Source: Octopus vulgaris
Taxonomy: Eukaryota
NCBI GenBank assembly: GCA_951406725.2
Contig: OX597835.1
Span: 1,178,001 to 1,242,000 of the forward strand
DNA length: 64,000 bases
Direction: 5' to 3'
Of this stretch, positions 53,881 through 64,000 are shown piece by piece. The notes beneath the pieces were generated by a model. The model was not told where the DNA came from, made no database searches, and saw only the letters and a program-made list of their open reading frames with translations. The position numbers and the translations under genes were made by a program. Positions within the stretch are counted from its first letter, which is position 1. Each line of letters begins with the position of its first letter.

Positions 53881-54029
53881 AAAAAAAAAAATACCAGCAA
53901 TCATCAAAATGTAACTTTTTTTGTTATTGTTGTTGTTATTTCTATTATTGTTGCTGTTGTTGTTTCTTTCTATTGCTTTTTAGTGCCAATGATGAAGCAT
54001 GGATACTGAAAAGCTAACAAACCTGCACA

Positions 54030-54460
<431 letters not shown>

Positions 54461-55904
54461 TCTCATCAAGAATCTGCCAGCAAGTGGTTAGCCTATCACC
54501 TCCCTCAGGACCATAGCAGTGAAGGAAGTTGAGGGTGGTTAAAGGGTCCATATCTAATTTGGGGCCAAGACATTGTGTGCGGATGAACTGCTGTAGAGTT
54601 ACTCTCAACAGTTTAGTTCATGTAAAAACATGTCCAGCTATGGGGGAAATAATGCCTTGATTGGAAACAAGCCAGGGTTGGTGAGAGGAAGAGCATCCAA
54701 CCACAGAAAATCTGCTTCAGTGAATTCCATCTGACGTCATGCAAGTACGGAAAAGTGGATGCTAAAACAAGATGCTGGTGGTCATCACGACGACGATGAC
54801 GACAACAACGATTACACTGATGATGATGATGATGATGTTTAAATGAGCTGTGACATTTCCGGTGACTATTTTCTGTTAGACAAAAGTAAAAGTCAAGCTG
54901 AGATCAACTTAATAACATTGTCCCCATGCCAATATGAATAGGATTTGACCAGTCGGTACTGGCTGACTTATTTATGGCTAAGGCAGCAATTTCGGAGAAG
55001 AGCAAGTTTTCCCACCAAATGGGTTCTAGAAACTTTGGTTATTTAAAGGAAAGAAAATTCAACTTAAATAAAAGCTATCCCTAACAACTCCTGGACATTG
55101 GGAACAACTAGAAAAGAAGACAGGACTAACAAATATACTAAACATGCATTGGTGGTTTCGTTAATGAATACTTTAGAGTTCAAATCATGCCACGGTCGAC
55201 TTTGCCTTTCATCCTCCAGGGTCAAGAAAATAAAGTACTATCTCAGGGTTGATAGTATTCGTTAAACCCCTGCCCTCAAAATTGCTGACCATTTGCCTAA
55301 ATTAGAAAACTTTACAGAATACTTCAGTTGTTTATTGTTACCCAATAAATGTAAACTTAAAATTTTAAAATCACCCTTAAATTTCATATTGATTATGAAT
55401 AATGTCATTGAATTTCTTCATGAAAGTAAAATTTCTAGAATTATCTGTAGGGTATGTGGTGAGGTGATGGTGATCAAAGATCGTAAGCTTTTGATGGTCA
55501 TGCAGAAACTTAATAGAAATAGAAACAGACATAATTGGTTGTGCAACTGCATAAAAGTATTGGACAATGGAAGTTTTATATTTGTTGGTTTTACAAGTAT
55601 TTTATTCACTTCAGAGTAAATCACAAAAAATTTCATTTTTTAATTTTTTTTTGTTTCAATTCCAAAAGTTCGTCCAACTTTTAACTGCTTTCTGACAAAG
55701 TTCTCTGAAACCACTTATAAATTGCACGTCTATGAAATTTTACTGTGTAATCAAATTTTCTTCAAATCGCATCCACTGTCTTAAATAAAAATGGAGACAC
55801 ACTTTGGATAATGTGGTTTTAAATAAACTCAGGTTGGTAATAGCTGAAAAGATTTTATTAGGTTGAATTGTGGTTGAACAATCTACATTTTGAGAAGTGG
55901 GTAG

Positions 55905-56245
55905 AATAAAGACCCCCTCGGGTCATGAATGATCATAGGATTGCACCAAGAAAGTTTCCTTTTGAGGCACAAGTCTGGACAAGTTTGTTTATGTAAGGCC
56001 AGCAGTCACCCATGCATACCAGACTCCCCTCCTCTCCATGCCACTGATGTTATCCAATGGAAAAGCAAAGGCTGATTCAGTTTGGTACCAGTGATGTCGC
56101 AACTCAATTCTGCAGTTGAGTGAACTAAAGCAACATAAAACAGAGTGTCTTGCTCAAGAACACAACACAGCTCAGTTTGAGAATTGAACTCACTACCTTG
56201 TGATTGTGAGCCCAATGCTCTTACCACTGAGTCATGCATCTTCAC
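55905..56245 (-). mobile_element. SINE family 3, near full length
   Basis: Minus head GTGAAGATGCATGACTCAGTGGTAAGAGC...GTGAGTTCAATTCTC (A/B boxes); tail GGGGGTCTTTA. Confidence 0.85.
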
Positions 56246-57308
56246 AGGTAGAGAAGAGAGAGAAAGTATGTTGTTAGAAAATTCATTGTCAGAAAGCATA
56301 AAAAAAAGAGAGAAAAGGCAGAATATTGAAGGTTACAGCACATAAAGAGGAGAAAGGGTCTTAATAAAAGTTAGAAATTCACAGAAGAGGAGGAAAATGT
56401 GCTGGTAAAAAGATCATACTCAGAATAAAGAGGGGAGAAAAGTGGAGAAGATTTTGATAGAAAGTTGAATGACACAGAATAAGGGTTGGTAGGAAATTGA
56501 ATTTATAAAGAACAAAATATGGAGGAGAGGGTTTCAAAGGACATACTGTGGAAGTAAATGAGTTCTAGGAATCTTATCTTGGAGACAGATTGACAATTTA
56601 GATATGGATGCAAGTAGACAGAGTTCTTGTTGAGCCAAAGGTCAGTAAAGATTAAACAGAGGACTTCTAATGGAAGGGATTCCAGCCAAATTATTTTTTA
56701 CTGACACACCATATAAAGTGTATCCATTCATCTTCTATACTGAAATAACTTGGCTATGTGAACTGTTGTTTACACAAACAATAGCCTCTACAGACGATCT
56801 TCCCTTTAGCTATACAAACGATTTCCTCGTTGGCTATGGAGGAAATAATACTCTGTTGGCTACATAATTATTTCGTTGTGTGAAAGTATATTTTAATGAA
56901 ATAGAAATTAATCACAATTTGTATGCTAGCGTCCACTCTGTTCACCTGCAACATGCATCCCTGAGTACATTTCACCCAAAAATAGAATCATTGAGCACCA
57001 GACAAACTATAGAATTTGATTCGTTCAGGATCCAAATCCTGTTGAAATTATTACATTTACGTTTGATTATTTCAAAGGCTGATAAAATGGATTATCAATT
57101 TAGGGCAGTGGACTGGCAGAATGATTAAAGCATTTAGACTGTTAAGAAAATTTCATGACAAGGACATTTGTCAAAGAAGTCTCCAATCATCATTTGTTGA
57201 CCTGGTGGCACAAGAAAGTGGGGAGGAATTCATTATCGAAAGTTTTGTGTTGTATTTGAATATCCCATGTACATGTACTTATGTTAGTGTAGCACGCATG
57301 CACGCACG

Positions 57309-57350
<42 letters not shown>

Positions 57351-57709
57351 GAATTGTGTTAAATGAATGAGAGAGAAGTGTCCAAACCCTGTTACAGTGA
57401 TTGTGATTTATTGAAACTAAATGTTTTTCTTGCAATTTGAGTGACATGCTACTGCAATCTTCAGGTGAACTTACTCTTCTAAATATTGCAGTGGCGTGTG
57501 AAACTCAGATCGTGAGATAAAGATTCAATATGGTTTCAATAAACCTTACATGTGTGTGTGTGTGTATGTGTAAAGATATACATCTATATCTGTCTATCTA
57601 TCTATTTATATATACATACATATATATAGAGATAGAGAGAGAGAGATAGATAAAACAGTAAGATAACAAAAGAAAAAAGAGACCTTGATATTATGTAAAT
57701 AAAGGAATT

Positions 57710-58222
57710 TATCTGTAAATGTAATATGTGACAGTTATTCGGTAGCCAAGATAAAACTCCGAGTTTCAGATGCCGAGGTGGAAATCCACGCCACCATCTC
57801 TTCGGTTATCCAGTCATCGGAAAAACGCTATGAAAAATGACCGGGAAATTACTGTGTTGTTGACCGCTATTTAGACAAAAGCGCTATTCGAATGACCGCT
57901 AAGTAAGGTAAGGGGGTAAAAAGTTCGTAGCATTCGCGTAAGCGCACCTGTTCATACCTACACAAGTGCGCCCGCACACCGACGTGCGTACGCATACATT
58001 CATCCACCCTCACTTGAAAAACGTACACATCCTCACTCACATCCTTCGCCAAATGTATATGCATATACATACAAACCCACACACGCGCGCACCGTAAAAG
58101 TTCATACGTCTACATACGCACAAGCACAAGAAAAAACAGGGTTAAGGGTAACAATACAGAAAAAAGACATAAGGGAGTATCCAAAGAGTAAACCACGTTT
58201 ATATACGCACATAATATATATA

Positions 58223-58260
<38 letters not shown>

Positions 58261-58325
58261 AATATTGAATAAATCCAAATTTACAGGGAAAAATATGCAC
58301 GGAAAGACTTATCAATACATATACA

Positions 58326-58389
<64 letters not shown>

Positions 58390-58859
58390 GAAAATGTGTA
58401 AAAACACTGAGTAAAATACGTCTATATACGCAGGTGCACGTCCATACAACTATATACACACATACCCGCACACACGCACACAAAGGATTCCATATACACG
58501 TGTATATATGCACAGGGATAAGTGCAGGGTGGAAGGTAGAGTACAGAAAAAATTGTGCAAAAAATTATATCTATAAACCAAATTCTCTATAATATGTAAG
58601 AAATATATGTATAAAAAATATAAATAAAATAAAAGTTAAAGGTATAATGAGATAAAAAAAACTTGTACGTGGTCACAATATAGAAAGCAAGTTCTATCTG
58701 TAGTCTCGGGGGGGGGGGGCAAAAACGTAACAGTCATTTTTCATAGCGTTTTTCCGATGGCCGGCTAACTGAAGAGATGGTGGCGTGGATTTCCACCTCG
58801 GCATCCGAAACTCGGAGTTTTATCTTGGCTACCGAATAATTGTCACATATTACATTTAC

Positions 58860-58864
<5 letters not shown>
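57710..58864. mobile_element. 1.15 kb non-coding element with ~132 bp inverted terminal repeats, each bearing a hammerhead motif
   Basis: 57710-57841 is the reverse complement of 58733-58864; the right end runs into (TA)n. Confidence 0.85.
58764..58824 (+). ncRNA. Minimal type I hammerhead motif, intact core
   Basis: GCTAA-CTGAAGA-GATG..GTGGA ttTCCAC..CATCC-GAAA-CTCGGAG-TT-TTATC. The left-arm copy has a perfect GATAA/TTATC stem I but a CCGAAGA core. Confidence 0.7.
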
Positions 58865-58910
<46 letters not shown>

Positions 58911-59031
58911 ATTTCAGGACAGTCATTTTTTTTTTTGCCAAATAGAAAAAAAACAGAAAAAAATGACCCTCCCAAAATAGAACAATATCTGTTTCGACAG
59001 ATGATTTCACATCATGAACCTTGCAACACAA

Positions 59032-59215
59032 AAGAGTGGCTGTGTGGTAAGTAGCTTGCTTACCAACCCTATGGTTCCGGGTTCAGTCCCACTGTGTGGC
59101 ACCTTGGGCAAGTGTTTTCTACTATAGCTTCGGGCCGATCAAAGCCTTGTGAGTGGATTTGGTAGACAGAAACTGGAAGAAGCCCGTCGTTTATGAGTGT
59201 GTGTGTGTGTGTATG

Positions 59216-59252
<37 letters not shown>

Positions 59253-59465
59253 TTGTGTGTCTGTGTTTGTCCCCCCTTCCACCATCGCTTGACAGCCGGT
59301 GTTGGTGTGTTTACGTCCCGTAACTTAGCGGTTCAGCAAAAGGACCCGATAGAATAAGTACTAGGCTTACAGAGAATAAGTCCTGAGGTCAATTTGTTCG
59401 GCTAAAGTCAGTGCTCCGGCATGGCCGCAGTCATATGACTGAAACAAATAAAAGAATAAAAGAAT
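59032..59465 (+). mobile_element. SINE family 1, CpG-retaining copy
   Basis: Full body and tail GACTGAAACAAATAAAAGAATAAAAG. Confidence 0.9.
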
Positions 59466-60327
59466 ATATACACATATATATATTTCTTTTCTTCATCATC
59501 CACTCAAATACTTTTGTTCCAATTAAAAAATAATTTAGACGACTCAGTCCAGTTATTCCATTCGCCCAAGCATTATTGCATAATAAACCGCATCTAAATG
59601 GCGCTGATTGTACTGTTTACTAATTTAGACCCTAGTATATAACGGGTATTTAAGACTACAGAATTAGCGATCTGACGAAGCCTGTCACCAACGGAACTTT
59701 GAAGTCACTATCAAACTTTTCAATGTAAAAATAAATTTCATTCTATACTGAGATATATAGAGTGCCATTTCATTTATTGCTTGATTAGATTACACACACA
59801 CACAAACGCATACATACATACCAGTGGCGTACGGTGACTTCTGGGGCTGGGCATGCAATGAATTTCTTCCCCCCACCCCCGACAATTTTTCAGTAAAAAA
59901 CTTTCGTATTCCTACAATGTACATATGGGAGATTCTGAATATGCAATCACCCCCGTATGACCTAGAATAAGCAGGGAATAAAAAATGGCTTTGTAGAGAT
60001 GAGCCTGAAATAAGTGTATTGTTTGTATTATTCTTTGCTCTTCGAAACGTCAGTACTTTCTTCTTGTAGCTTGGCAAATGAGGTAAATTCGGTGTTGGTC
60101 TCCCACCATTTATAATTATTTTCCATCGAAATCTCTTTTCGAAAAACTATTTCTCAAATATCGTTTATAACACAAATTTCACTCATTTCGAAAAAAGGCT
60201 GCTCTTATATAAGAACCCACGTGGAAGTGTCTGCGTAAATTGGAAGTCAATTTCAACAAAACGGAAAAATAACCTTAGTTAAATTAATTTAAGATTAATT
60301 AGCTACTTCTGAAATATGAAATATAAT

Positions 60328-60645
60328 ATATTCTGTTGTGTCTGAGGAGAGTCATTTCCTTTTTGTGCCTTATAATGTAACAAACTCACCGCTAAAATTT
60401 CCACTTTTTTCTTATTTTTATTTTCCTAAAATTTTCGTCCAAGACTATTGAAAAGGTTGCAAGACGCAACGAAAATTTTAGGAAGATAAAAATAAGAAAA
60501 AAGTGGAAATTTTAGCGGTGAGTGTGTTACATTATAAGGCACAAAAAGGAAATGACTCTCCCCAGACACAACAGAATATGCTTCAACACACGAACTCATG
60601 TAAAGAATCTTGCAAACCAAATCCAAAAACGAAATATATATATAG
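60328..60645 (+). mobile_element. Penelope-like fold-back element nested in the hAT-like element
   Basis: 60328-60438 is the reverse complement of 60469-60579. The right arm continues TTCAACACACGAACTCA...TTGCAAACCAAAT...AAACG(A)ATATA, similar to the copy A 3' end. Confidence 0.8.
60445..60481 (+). ncRNA. Hammerhead-like motif with U3-A8 core variant
   Basis: CTA-TTGAAAA-G-GTTGC aagac GCAAC-GAAA-AT-TT-TAG. Confidence 0.55.
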
Positions 60646-61121
60646 ATTATATTTTTGTTTTCAGAACACTTCAAAAATATAATAATGCAAACATGTTTTG
60701 GATTAAAAGAATTCAAACTTACCGCCAGCTGGCAAACTCAAGAATTATGGGACTGCTCTTGTTCCGGTCAGAAAATGGGACCAGGTTAGCAACAATTCTA
60801 CACTAACAAAGAAGCAGAGAAGGGGTGTCATGCGGTCTTCTCAAAGCATGACACGCCACAATGTCAGTGTCGAGTCAGTGAGAGAGAGAGAGGAAGGACA
60901 AACTGACAGAGACAGAGAGGGAGTGTCTGTCATGCGGGTCTTCTCAAAGCAGAAGTAGGAGTCAGTGAGGGAGAGGGAGGGGGAGACGAAATATTTCGAA
61001 AACAACTGGACGGATATTCTTTGAAACAAAGAAACTATTTTATCTAATTTTCCGATGATATGAATAAAGAATCACAGGGCATGCAACACATATCTTGCAT
61101 ACCCGAGAGTGTACGCCCCTG

Positions 61122-61260
61122 ATACATACATACATACATACATACATACATACATACATACATACATACATACATACATACATACATACATACATACATA
61201 CATACATACATACATGCATACATACGTACATACGTACGTACGTACGTACGTACGTATACG
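61122..61260. repeat. (TACA)n / (TACG)n microsatellite
   Basis: Direct reading. Confidence 0.95.
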
Positions 61261-61402
61261 TTTGTATCTACATGATGAGAATAGCAGACAGGATTTTGAT
61301 TGAGAGGTTTCTCAATCGCTAGAATGAACCTAGCATTAAGTGTCTAATACGTGAAAAACATAAATCTTGGATAATTGTATTTGCATGGAACTGGCTGCTG
61401 TA

Positions 61403-61442
<40 letters not shown>

Positions 61443-61912
61443 TATACATGCATGCCTATATATAATATGCATGTGTGTGTATATGGCATATATATGTTTG
61501 CATATATGTATGTACGTATATCAGTTCAATTCAAATGCCACTGTGATTGATTTTCTATTTCCATTCCACCTACATCGATAGTTGTCTTTTTTAACCCCAT
61601 GCCAACCATGATTGAGAAGATCTCTGATGAAAGGCATTCCAACCATGACCATCCTCCTCTTAATTTCAGACATAGGATAAAGTAGTTTTAGATATACCAT
61701 ACGGCCTTCCCTTTAAAAGATGATTGGCTTTTCATTTTGCGGATATTTTGTTGCCATCTTTAGCAAGTCAGGTGGCCGCATAGAGGCTTCCTTTCATCAG
61801 TTACGATATTTTTATTGTAATTGAAGTTGATAATTTCGTTTGATAAAGGCATGAACGCCGCACATGAGCTCTGTTCCTGGCCAGAAATAAACTAATATTT
61901 GTTTTCAGCATA

Positions 61913-61918
61913 TTTATT
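61913..61918 (-). terminator. Candidate poly(A) signal for the importin gene
   Basis: AATAAA on the minus strand about 15 nt after the stop; another at about 61811. Confidence 0.3.
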
Positions 61919-61932
61919 TGACACTGAAATAT

Positions 61933-64000
61933 TTAGAGACCCTTTGAACCAAAATTGAATGTTAACGGTACATTGGAATTCGAAAAAGCATAGCCGCTGT
62001 CCTGCTTAATTTTCTTCGATTCGGCAGCAATTTTTCTCTGTTCTGTGGTATGAAAAACTTCTTCTAAGTTCTTCCTCTGGTCAGCATTTAAAACCGACGT
62101 CAATAGGTGGTGCCAGTTAGAATCTTGTGTCATGACAATTTCCATGCAGTCTTTGAATATTATATATTCGTCGATGTTGTAGATGTCATTGTCAATGAGT
62201 GTTGGGTAATTTTCCAGCGCCTTATCGATATCTTCTTCGTCGTCAGAGAAATCATCGTACGCGTTATCACCGTCATCATCATCGTCAACAGGGTGTTCAT
62301 CGTCGCTATCAAATATCTCATCTTCGTCGCTATCAAGAATATCCAGCTCATCCCGTGCACTGTCGTGATCATTATCTTCGTCCAAATCCACTTCTTGTGC
62401 CTTTAAAATATACGATCGTTTTAAACCCTTGAAGAGGGTGAGAATGGACGGTAAAAATTTCCCTCCCAACTCTGTAATTTCTTTGGGCCTTCTGAGAGGT
62501 GTGTTAATTAGAGTACACAAGCCCAAAATGTTTAGTTTCCGGTCATGAACCCCGTGGAAACTATTAATGTTGTTCAACCATGTCGTCAAGAACTGGGGTA
62601 TAATTTGACCAGATAGATTCGGCAGCTGTATGTCTTGCAATGTACTGAACAGAAGCGCTGGATTGTAACATAAGCCTGCTATACAAATCAACAAACACAT
62701 TGCCCTCAATTCTAACGTTTCGATATTTCGTGCCAGTCTCTTCACGGCAAGTTCTATGAGAGAAGGAACTACATGATCAATTTGGCCTTTGTACTGCAAC
62801 AAAACGACTTCAATGAGTTTGGCCGCGTGGCACTCGGAATCTTCACCTATCTTTTCAGAAGTCAGAATTGACTTGCACATATTGTAGACAGCTTCCAAGT
62901 ATTCGGGTTGAGATAAAAACGCTGTTGTGTCAACGGTGATGTAATTGTGTAAACAAGGAGCCATATCAATAAAATAGTCTAGTGTTTCGGCTCGAAGGGC
63001 CTGGTACAGCATCTTAAATATCTCCCACATATTCGTCGATATTTGGGTTTTTGTGAGATTGTAGATTAAAGAAAACACCTCTTCGTAAAAGTCAATAAGA
63101 TTTTGTTGCAAGATTGAAACGACTACATTTAAAACATTGCTTTCTAATTGCGATATTATTTCAATTTTGCCTTTTACAACATCCAAAACTGTATCCATGG
63201 TATACAGAATACCTAATCCGATGATTACTTTGTCTTCAGAAGTATCAACATTACTGCTGAGCAGTTGATTAAAAGTTTGTTCAAGATGTGTAATTATCTC
63301 TAGAGCAACAGGAAGTATGTCGTCGGCATACTTGCGTATCAGGCGGCGAAATACGCTGGTTAGCTCATCGTTTTCAGTTTCACGAATTATTCGTAAGACC
63401 TCAAATATTACTGGTCGAACATGAGGACGCAAAAATTCTCGTGCCTTCTCGTATTTCGTCACTAGCATTTGCAAAGCCATGGCGGCCTCTACACGAACAG
63501 GCAGTTCACTATCATTGCAGAGACACTCCCTGCTCATTTCTATCGCTCGCAATAAGTTATTATAATTTTTCAACACTGCGCCGTTAAAAAAATCTAGAGT
63601 CCAGAAAGCCCTCGCCCTTAGAAATCCGTGTTGGCTTTGAAATTCTGGAAATAAATGGGTGACAAGAACTGCTTCGATGCGTTCCTTATAAACATCACTT
63701 TCTACAAGAATATCAGCAACGGTTCCTAGCATATGCATAATACCATCTTTCTCTTGAGGACTCACATCATTTTTGTTAAGAATCGTCATGCAGAAGTTCA
63801 TTGCTTTTTCAAGTACTCCGCTTCTTTTGCCAGCTAAAGAATGGAAAAGCCGTCCTGCCGCATCTATCGTAGACATATCAGATAAGTCGAACTTTCTGCG
63901 AATATATTCGTGTGGATCTGAATTCCATAACTCATTGTCTTTTTCACTGTGCCACATCAGTGGGAAAATTACTTTTTGAATAAGGTTGTCAGTATAATTT
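61933..64000 (-). CDS. IPO7: Importin-7/8-like karyopherin, intronless, 5' part outside window
   Basis: Frame is open to the window edge (NLIQKVIFPLMWHS..ELWNSDPHEYIRRKFD). Motifs GFLRARA, ELPVRVEAA.ALQ, LHNYITVDT, ECHAAKL.EV, G.HDRK...LGLC, acidic loop, C-terminal GY.F..VP..FNFG. M at 63957 is internal. Confidence 0.9.
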   Translation of the reverse strand, partial: NYTDNLIQKVIFPLMWHSEKDNELWNSDPHEYIRRKFDLSDMSTIDAAGRLFHSLAGKRSGVLEKAMNFCMTILNKNDVSPQEKDGIMHMLGTVADILVESDVYKERIEAVLVTHLFPEFQSQHGFLRARAFWTLDFFNGAVLKNYNNLLRAIEMSRECLCNDSELPVRVEAAMALQMLVTKYEKAREFLRPHVRPVIFEVLRIIRETENDELTSVFRRLIRKYADDILPVALEIITHLEQTFNQLLSSNVDTSEDKVIIGLGILYTMDTVLDVVKGKIEIISQLESNVLNVVVSILQQNLIDFYEEVFSLIYNLTKTQISTNMWEIFKMLYQALRAETLDYFIDMAPCLHNYITVDTTAFLSQPEYLEAVYNMCKSILTSEKIGEDSECHAAKLIEVVLLQYKGQIDHVVPSLIELAVKRLARNIETLELRAMCLLICIAGLCYNPALLFSTLQDIQLPNLSGQIIPQFLTTWLNNINSFHGVHDRKLNILGLCTLINTPLRRPKEITELGGKFLPSILTLFKGLKRSYILKAQEVDLDEDNDHDSARDELDILDSDEDEIFDSDDEHPVDDDDDGDNAYDDFSDDEEDIDKALENYPTLIDNDIYNIDEYIIFKDCMEIVMTQDSNWHHLLTSVLNADQRKNLEEVFHTTEQRKIAAESKKIKQDSGYAFSNSNVPLTFNFGSKGL

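Larger units (their letters stand above)
59822..61121. mobile_element. Non-autonomous hAT-like transposon
   Basis: TIRs CAGTGGCGTAC / GTACGCCCCTG; 8-bp flanks ATACATAC on both sides, within a (TACA)n tract. Confidence 0.65.

Noticed and set aside
62107-62432. Short ORFs overlapping the importin acidic loop
   Set aside because: Alternative-frame and antisense shadows of low-complexity coding sequence.

Overview
AT-rich, microsatellite-dense animal DNA. The repeat families look like octopod cephalopod (Octopus) sequence, which is my inference from recalled repeat consensus. Two protein genes are present. The first is a 7-coding-exon TMEM184B-like gene on + (12761-45303, 513 aa, all GT-AG junctions in phase) with a probable long 3' UTR. 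The second is the 3' part of an intronless importin-7/8-like ORF on - (61933 to beyond 64000), probably a retrogene. The rest is three abundant SINE families, an RTE-tailed SINE with internal tandem units, decayed Tc1/mariner, RTE and R4-like LINE fragments, a non-autonomous Helitron, a hAT-like element and a piggyBac-like MITE. The most striking signal is at least five dissimilar short non-coding elements, mostly inserted at (TA)n and often in inverted-repeat form, each carrying a minimal type I hammerhead ribozyme motif of the kind known from Penelope-like elements and retrozymes. One has an intact core in sense orientation in TMEM184B intron 1, one has a compensatory U3-A8 core variant, and an inverted pair lies in the putative 3' UTR. 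All structures were read by eye; nothing was computed or searched.
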